A stretch of DNA of 64,000 nucleotides from assembly GCA_951406725.2 (NCBI GenBank), contig OX597814.1, positions 183,830,001 through 183,894,000 on the forward strand, read 5' to 3'. Below, piece by piece: positions 54,351-64,000 of this stretch. The notes below the pieces were generated by a model. It ran no database searches. It saw only the letters and a list, made by a program, of their open reading frames with translations, and had not been told where the DNA came from. The translations under genes and the position numbers were made by a program. The stretch comes from Octopus vulgaris (taxonomy: Eukaryota). The first letter of the stretch is position 1. Each line of letters opens with the position of its first letter.

Positions 54351-55522
54351 TATAAACTAGAAACACTTAGTAGCTCTAGATTAGAATATTGAACTCTGTT
54401 TCCGGAACATAAATGTGTGTACAAGACTGCTTTGGAAAATATAGGGATTGAGAATGCAAGAGATAGGAATTAATATAGGAAAGGAAATCGTACATATAGA
54501 TATAGTTTAAGTCTAGTTATCTTCTCTCATCTGATTTTATTAAAAAAATGTCTGATTTTTGTTAACTAATTTACACGCTCTTGTTTTTTCTCAAGTCTTT
54601 TTGGCATTCCAGTTTTGAAGATGTTAATTTTTTTATTCATTTATATTTTTTCTTACACTGCCGTAGTAATTATTATTATTATTGTTAGATTATTGATGCA
54701 TTTATTGTTTTAATTTATGTTTGATTTTCATTTTTATTCTCATTTCGTATTTTTTATGCTTTTTTCCCCGAAACTGCTTTTATCTTTCTTTATTTTTTGG
54801 GTAAGGATGCCATTGTTAGTGGAGTTGTTGATTTTGATAGTTTCGAATGAATGGGAAGTATGTTACACTAGTTTTAATGGCGGCTAGTTTTGTAGTAGTG
54901 GGTTGGATGGTATGGCGGTAGGAGATAATGAGTTAAAAGATAAGAAAATAATGAGGGAAGATTTATTATAGATGCTTATGTCAAAGACAACGCCTTCACT
55001 TTTTTTTTTTTTACCGATTTTCGTTAACTTTCATTTGTTTTCTTTCTCGTATGATATTGTAGAAACGTAACGGACGCAAGAGAAAAAAAAAATGTACGTT
55101 GAGATAAGGTGACAGACACGAAACAGGTCACAAATGAATACAGAGCAGTAAGAAAATAAATTCTAATATGGAGAGGGAGAGAGAAAACGAGAGATGCGAG
55201 AAAAGAGGGAGATATCTATGTAGGCGGAGAGCGAGAAGGTGTGAGCCATTAACAAAAGTGAAAATGTGCAACCGATGCATGGATGCAGACACACTAAAAT
55301 CGTGTATACACAAAAACACGTACATATACATATGCGCATATATATAATTTATTTATTTATTGCTGAGATTATTTTCTGTCATTACTCAGAGTTTCTTTGT
55401 ATATGAGATGCTCTCGGAAAAGTAACCGAATGTAATCTCAGTACAACAATAAATATTTACTGTCTACTTGTGCCTTGCTTGTGAACTCAACCACACACAG
55501 GTATGTGTGTGTGTGTGATGAA

Positions 55523-55587
<65 letters not shown>

Positions 55588-55615
55588 GTCCGTCCGTCCA
55601 TCCATCCATCCATCC

Positions 55616-55693
<78 letters not shown>

Positions 55694-56489
55694 TTATTTA
55701 TCTATGTGTGTGTGTCTGTGTGTGTGAGTATATATATGTATGTACTGTATATATTATATATACACACACATCTATACACACACATATATGTACATATATA
55801 TACTTTAATACATACACACACCCATACATACATATACATACACATGATTTAATATATGCATGCATACATACATAATACATACATACATACATGCATGCAT
55901 GCATGCATACATACATACATACATACATACATACATACATACATACATACATACATACATACATACATACATACATACGTACATACATACATACGAATAT
56001 CTTGGTATTATTGTGGAGAAGATTTATGTACTTGTTTATTTATTATCATGTGCTTCTATTAACGTTTTAGGAAAATAACTATTTCATTCATCCTCGCCGA
56101 CAACGCCCGGCTATGGCCACAAACAACACAAAGATTAATTACCAAGAAGATATTTTTCTGCGTTCCCCCCCTTTTTTTAAGTATGGCATCACTATCGCCA
56201 TCGTGTACATATTGACATTGTAACCTCAAGCAGCACCATCATCACCACCACCATTACCACCACCACCACCACCACCACCACAATCACATGTGCAACTATC
56301 ACCATTACCCTCAACTCAGTCGCTACAATCACAAACATAACCACCAATGTAACTACCACCACAGTCGACGACACCATTACCAACAAAACCACCACCACAA
56401 CCACAAACATTACCGTAACCAGCACTCATTGTTTCCACTTCCACTATTAAAATCGCTCCTCCTCACAACGATCACCACTAACACCATAA

Positions 56490-57748
56490 CCAACTCGCAG
56501 CATGGATTTCTACCCCGAAGATCTTGCCTAACAAATATTCTCCTTCTTGAAGAGTGGATTACAAGGACCATGGATGAAAAAGACACGGAGGACGTTGTAT
56601 TTTTGGACTTTGCAAAGGCGTTTGACTCCGTTAATCACCAATTTCCCTTGCGCAAACTTCAAGTAAGCAAGATTCATCCATTGGTTACTTCGTGGATTTC
56701 TTCCATCCTGTGCCATCGAACCTTTCGGGTGCAGATAAATGGAGATCTCTCCGCGCAGACGAATGCCTGCAGCGGCGTTCCCCAGGAGTCTGTGCTGGGG
56801 CCAATACTTTTCCTCCTCTATATCAACCACCGGCCAGATTTTCTTGATGGAAGTGTCCTCCTATTTGCAGACGACGTCAAACTTGTCTCGCCTAGGAATC
56901 AATACGACATGCTCCAATCGTCGCTGAACTAAGCTTGGAACTGAGCGGAAGTATGAAATCTCCCCTTGAACGCCTCAAAATGTAGCCATTTGCCAATAGG
57001 TTCACCTCCAAACTCTCTCTTGACTGTTGGCCTCAAACACCAACATCTTAAGATGGTCACTGAAGAAAAGCATCTCGGCATAATGATCGATACTTCTTTT
57101 AACCCAAAACGGCAGTGTATAGAGGTGGCGAACAAAGCCAGGAGGAATCTTTTCCTCATCCGCCGGTCCTTTGTCAACCTTTCAATGGACGTCTTTGGGC
57201 CTTTACACGTCACTCTATTTCGATCCTTCCTCGAAAATTGCATCCAGGCCTCAAACCCATATCTCCAGAAAGATATTCAGCACCTGGAACAGGTTCAGTA
57301 CTTGGCCACCCGAATGGTCGCAGGCTTGTCTAAGCTTACGTATGAGGAACGTCTCCAACAGCTGGCGTTACCCTCACTCGAACGTCAGAGGATACGGAGA
57401 GATCTCATCCTGGCTTTCAACATCTTCAACGAGAATGTAATCGTACCATTTGCAGAGTTTTTCACCTCTGCGCCGGATAGAGGTCATCGTGGGCATGTTC
57501 CCTCTCTATCCCCGACACTTTCGACTAAAAAGACGGAAGGCCGCACTCACCGTCCGTATCGCAGCCCCGTGGAACAAGCTACCACAATATGTCATCCAAC
57601 TGCCCACCACTCCCCTGTTCAAGGAGGCCCTGGACTACTGTGGTGACTATGTATAAAAACTGTATATAACAATAACTGTTTTTTTCTTTACATGGCTTAA
57701 GCACATTGTACTCTTCTCCTTCCAATAAATTTGATTTGATTTGATTTG
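56490..57748 (+). mobile_element. 5'-truncated CR1-type LINE (RT pseudogene) with (ATTTG)n tail
   Basis: QHGFLPRRSCLTN, FLDFAKAFDSV, SGVPQESVLGPILFLLYIN, LFADDVKL and PWNKLP; in-frame stops near 56930 and a frameshift near 57500. Confidence 0.93.
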
Positions 57749-57831
57749 GTAACCACCATCGCCACCATCACCATCAGGAACATCGCCACACGACCGCCTC
57801 GATAAATAATGACTAAAGGTGAAACGACAGT

Positions 57832-58085
57832 GGAAGCGCGTGGCTTAGCGGTTAGGGTGTCAGTATCATGATCGCAAGATTGTGGTTTCGATTCCTGGAC
57901 CGGGCGATTCGTTGTGTTCTTGAGCAAAACACTTAATTTCACGTTACTCCAGTCCACTCAGCTGGCAAAAATGAGTAACGCTGCGATGGACTGGCGTTCC
58001 GTCCAGCTGGGGAACAGATACACCATAGAAACTGGGAAACCGGGCCCATGAGTCTTTAATAAGGGCGCATTTATTATTTTTATTT
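57832..58085 (+). mobile_element. SINE family D
   Basis: Homologous to 54093-54350. Confidence 0.88.
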
Positions 58086-58486
58086 TTAGGGTTAAACGAC
58101 AAGCTAATTGGTAGAATGCTTAACATATAGGACCTATGTGGTTAGTCCAGCTGCTCGAAATAGCAACCGAATGTCCGTCAAGTTGTTCTCAAATTCCTTT
58201 CTTACAAAGGAAGTTATTAGATAACGCAGTCTTAAATATTCTTTAAAGAAAAATAAGTGACACTGTGGTCATGGTTAGATTGTTGTTGACGATAAGCCTT
58301 ACGATTAAAACTGCTTTAGTATTAAAGAACAATATTAGGCACTCCTAATTATTCACTTTATTTACACCCATACACATACATACACATGCGTTGTTTTAGT
58401 ACTTTAAAAATGTTTTATACTTAACGAGTATATATGGAACGATAAAAATTTTAATCCATGGCTAGTCAGTTCTGATACCGTGAAAG

Positions 58487-59190
58487 GTATCTCTTCAGTT
58501 TTCGCTCATAATTTTTTAATAATTTCTTTCTGTTAATTTAGCAGTTTGAAACTTCGTATACTGGTGTAATTTCTCACGCTGGACACGGTTTACTTTCAAC
58601 ATTTTTGACAAAATTTCATATTTTAGACGTTATTTACTGTTAAATTCACCTGAAGAAAGTTACTACTGAATGTGATAGTAATCAAAGAGGAACAACTTCT
58701 GTGTCATCTCTACTAAATGTCACCAATGTTCTATTTTGTTTTTGTTTACTGCCTGCGTTGCATATTACACGCTTATTTTTACTTTTCGATCGTCTCTTTG
58801 TATATTTGCATTTTCATCACTCGTAAAAAGAGGCGATCGAAAAGCAAAATACAAAAACAAAAACAAAGCGAGTAATATGCAACACAAGCAGTAAACAAAA
58901 ATAAAATAGAACAGAGTGGTGACCTTTAGGTGAGATGACCCGGAAGTTGCTGATCTTCGAGTACTATCGCATACAGCAATAGCTTTCTTCAGATGAATAC
59001 ATGTCATTGATTGGTTAAAATTATACAAATACGACACATTTAAGACTAAATAACTTCTAAAATACGAAATTTTATCAAAAATGTCGAAAGTAAACCGCAT
59101 TCAGCATGAAAAGTTACACCAGTATACGAAATTTCAAACAGTTTACTTAAAAAGTAGATAATTAAAAAAAGAGCGAAACTAAAGAGATCC
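58487..59190. mobile_element. Foldback element with ~300-bp imperfect TIRs, related to 45455-45873
   Basis: Arms are complementary throughout (e.g. TTCGTATACTGGTGTAA / TTACACCAGTATACGAA); ends GAGATCC; decayed 8-bp TSD CGTGAAAG/TATAAAAG. Confidence 0.8.
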
Positions 59191-59778
59191 TATAAAAGTA
59201 TAAGGTAAACGTAAAAGCAAATAAATTAATTTCAGTGTGAGAGAAGGTGCTGCCCGAGGTCTCATAATTATACGATGGCCTAGAAAATTGGCTGTTGACC
59301 AGTGTAATTTATGTCATAAGTACTTTTCCTGAAATCATATTTTCTTAGTATTTCTCTAAACAGAAACATAAAATTATAAAATGTTTAATGTGTGTATGTG
59401 CATACGTGTGTCAGTGTGTATATGTGTGTGCTGATGCATTCTGGACAAATAGTTAAGAATTTCTCTTCGTAACCACAAAACCCTGGTTTCGATACGACTG
59501 CTTTACATCTTGGGCCATTGTCAAATGATATTTTCTTTTATCTCGGGGTCAACCTATAACTTCCTAGTGAAATTGGGTTAACAAGCGAATTGTATTTGCA
59601 ATTCAAAAATGTACGGCCTTGTACACCATGTCTCGCTGATTCTGCTTAAGAATTATATTAAATTTACATGTACCAGTGACACACTCAGCCATTTGATCGT
59701 TAATTCAAGAGTAGTTTATTAATTTGGTCGCACAACTGAATCCTCATCGTTGAAATACGGAGATCCGCCGCCAAATAT

Positions 59779-59960
<182 letters not shown>

Positions 59961-60738
59961 GCATATGTACGTATATTTATATAAATACACAGACACCTAC
60001 ATACACACAAATCTAAGTAAGGGTATATGTTCGTGTTTATGTATGTATTGCGCGTTAATGTAGGTCAAAATATTTTCATGTACTTTTGTCTTTCTAATTT
60101 ATGGAGAGGATATTAGGTATGCAGAACTCTTTGCAAAGGAAGTGAGTTGATATTCTGTTTGAACTGTATAAAGTTGGTAATTAGTAGTGTTAACTATCTT
60201 GGTTTTGAAAAGAAAATTGCACGCTTATTCTCGTTCGCATAGGAATAAGTAGATACGTGAGTATGTTTTCTTTTTATACTGCAGATCAATATTCGTTAGT
60301 TAAGAAAGCAATAGATACATCAACGAGTTTAAAAATCGATTTCAGGCTTGTCTGAGAAGTTAATTATAAGGTATTCGTATCAAACGTAGAATTTGTTTTG
60401 AAAGTCAATAATTTGTGGAATCTATACGCCATTTAGCATTCTTTATTCATACTGAATTATTCAGCAATATCTATGCGATGATCACTCACGTGTTTGTCAT
60501 CCGTTTTGTTTCTTCTGAAATATATCAAACGAATATTTCGTAAAAGCCCTCAACGTCTGAGACATACTATCAAAGTATAGCCTAATTGTGAGTCTTATTA
60601 CAATATTTGTGTTTCAATGAATGTCTGAAATCTCTCTCTCACCCTATTTCCCTCTCTCTCTCTCTTACTATATGTACATATGTGCGTATTATTATGTACA
60701 CACACACACACACACACACAAATAGATATCTGCGTGAG

Positions 60739-60797
<59 letters not shown>

Positions 60798-60950
60798 TAT
60801 ATATATAAATATATAGTGTATATATGATCATATATATATATATATATATATCACAAGGGCAAATAAAATAAAAAAATATATACAATATATATATGCATAT
60901 GTATGTATATGTGTATGTATATGTATATACATATGCTAGTGCTACGAAAA

Positions 60951-60990
<40 letters not shown>

Positions 60991-60992
60991 AA

Positions 60993-61048
<56 letters not shown>

Positions 61049-62461
61049 ATACTTGTATATATATATAAATTTATATATATATATATATATATGGAACAAA
61101 AAGTCAATGTAGAAAATGCTAAAATAATTTTATAAAATGCATTTCAGTACCGGTTTCAGTCATTAAGACTTTTTCAACTGTAAGTATGGAAAACAATTTA
61201 ATAAGATTTTTATTTACCTTATATTTCATTAATACGACATAAAAAATTTTCATCGTTGAAAAACGAAGACTGTGTTTAGCTCTACGCTGTACACAGAGGT
61301 GGTTATAGTGGTGTGGATTCCTGCAACTGCACATTGGTACTTGTTTTTATAAGCCAATTAGACTCATGCAACATTTGCTTGTTGTTGAGTGCGGATTTCC
61401 TTCAGTCTCAAATTATCAATATTCCTCTGTGTGGCTTTGATGGTGATCATAATATTCTGGCTATGATTATATTTCAGATGTCTTTTTTAACGGAAGAAGA
61501 ATTTGTGTGTTCTCTAACGCTAATGTGTAGTTTGTAAATGGTGCTCTGTTGTTAGATGTACCATGTTTACTACAAACTATATTTTAGATACTGTATGTTG
61601 TTGTTTGGGTATGTTCGATGTACCCATATATGAGCCAAGACTAGTATTTTCTAAACCCAGAGTTGACCAGTTGTATATTAATTCCTTTCATATGAATCGC
61701 CTTGTGCGATTGTAGTAGTGATTCCACTATAAATAAGTTACAACGTCAGAAAGTATATTATTTCTCTGAATATGTAAGCTTTATTAGGGAGTTTGTAACT
61801 TGGCTGGTGTATGATTTATAACTAGACGGGTGTGTGGGATAGACTTTATCCATTAGTAACTTTTGTAACTGTTTGGTGTTGGTAATTTTGTTGCCTGCTT
61901 TGCTACATCAAAACTGCATCTGTACCGAATGAAATCTCCTGTATATAGAGTAGATGCGTCAACGTCGTGGACGGAACCGCCAGCACGAAATAACAGTAAA
62001 TAATGCTTATGCAAAGTGGCTATCCGATATTCTTTATCAGAAACCAATGAAGTTTCAAAGAATGCTTACTTCACAAGCGCTAGTCGTTGTTTTCCTAAAC
62101 TTCCGAATTTTTAAGATAAAATCAATAAGATAAATCCAATACTTTATCCTTAATGACGAACTACATGTTTCACTAGCACAATTTATTCTCTTCAGAAGAT
62201 ACCTTTATCGAACTCATTCTACACACTGCGAAAATCTTATCACCCTAGCCGACTGCACAGTCAAAGAAGCGGACATAGATTTATAGTGTTGCGGACAAGG
62301 TAGCATATAAAAATGAGATGAACCTAATACCAGTAGCACTGTTCTAAATCCATATATCCGTGTTAAAAAGCATGTTCGAGTATATATATATAAAATAATT
62401 TTTTGCGTAATAAGATAAAAATCCAAGGCTTTATAGATATCAGAGCATTTATAGATAGAAG

Positions 62462-62513
62462 GTCTTACAGCTGTTTCTAGGATATTAATTAATAATATCC
62501 CTTCATCGGAGAC
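62462..62513 (-). ncRNA. Minimal type-I hammerhead motif (U4C variant), Penelope-type
   Basis: Minus strand: GTCT-CCGATGA-A-GGGATATT-attaatt-AATATCCT-A-GAAA-CAGCTG-TA-AGAC; palindromic stem III ACAGCTGT. Confidence 0.7.
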
Positions 62514-63012
62514 GATATATATATATATACTGGTTAATATAAACAGACAAAAATAAAATCTGGCATGTAGATATGACCGAAATATTACGGTCAGTTTGAA
62601 AGCCACAAAGCAAAATATAAGAAGATAGTGTATTAAAAAGATTATCCTTATAAATCTTTTAGATCTCTCTTTGAGAAACAGACAAGAATTAAGTGAGAGT
62701 AAATGGAAATTGTAACAATACAAACCAGCGCATAGAGTCAACGAACAACCCATTCTCACATATATGCAGATTACAGAATAGATAAACTTACTCTCCGTAC
62801 TCTCTTATTTCAAGGGTTTTTAAAGCCGAACTATTCTAATATAAGAAAAAGTATAAAACGTTATATTTTGTTGTTTCTGGTTCCTTGCTTCTTTCTGATT
62901 TTCCTTCTTCATACATAAGTTGCATGATAAAAGTCTTCTACAAAATGTGTGTGTAAGTAAGTGTGTGTGTATATACACACACACACACATATATATATAT
63001 GCATACATACAA

Positions 63013-63057
<45 letters not shown>

Positions 63058-63139
63058 TATATACATATATACATGTATGTGTAAGTATATATGTATATGT
63101 GTATACATCAATCAAACAATCCATTTCTCTCTCCCTCTT

Positions 63140-63202
<63 letters not shown>

Positions 63203-63862
63203 GGACACATGAACACGCATATATACATGGTATAACGATGCAAAACAATGAGGATAAAAATGATAGTCTAGTGCATGTGTGATTGTATTGAGAGCAGATG
63301 TATGCTTCGTGCGTTTCCTATTATCTGTAGCAAGTTACTAAATGAATAAAATGAAAAATAAAATAGAAATAGCAAAATGAAGTTTGATATATGGCTGGGA
63401 GACATTGGCGATCTTCCCAACACACACACACACACACACACACATACACACACACACAAATACACACAAATACACATACCAGTGTTCACATTCACACATA
63501 TCAACACATAAGGAAAATTGAAAGCAAAAGAAAAAAATAACGAAAAGTTGAACCCCTAGAAAATGTAAACTCAAATAAATAAACCAAATATTCTATTATC
63601 CAAGATTCTGTCTGGTATGATAGAAGCATGGAAATTATTCTTAATAGTTTTTAATGGAATATTTTGTATTCTTCATGTCAGTCTGATAAGATTGATAAAA
63701 TCACCGGACATGATTTACATATCTTAAAAAATTCTTGTGCTTAGTCGCGTACACATTTGTATATAACATATGTGCATATATGTATATATATTCAGTTTTA
63801 TACACAGAAACCTACATATATACACATAAATACATATGTATGAATGACTCACTCCTCTCTTT

Positions 63863-63897
<35 letters not shown>

Positions 63898-64000
63898 TAT
63901 ATATAAATACATACATATATGTGTGTGTGAGTGTAAATGTTTATATATTGATATATACACGTACATATATACACACAGATACATAGATACATATATATAC

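Overview
AT-rich, microsatellite-saturated animal DNA. The SINE and LINE content points to an octopus-type cephalopod genome (inference). I found no host gene exon, rRNA, real tRNA or CRISPR array; almost all listed ORFs are translations of microsatellites. The window is a dense set of mobile elements: five tRNA-headed SINE families (my labels A-E, about 30 copies) with shuffled modules, decayed LINEs (Tx1/L1-like, RTE, CR1, R4/Dong-like), mariner, Chapaev3-like and GG-terminal 8-bp-TSD DNA transposons, Helitrons, MITEs and Penelope-type remnants. Main observations: (1) three tandem, independently 5'-truncated Tx1-like LINE copies, each nested in (TATC)n, whose 3' end matches the tail of the multimer-forming SINE B, suggesting a LINE/SINE partner system; (2) several minimal type-I hammerhead ribozyme motifs with palindromic stem III, including a three-copy family with a fixed A6-to-U core change; (3) an RTE insertion with twin-priming geometry. 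All coordinates and alignments were read by eye.
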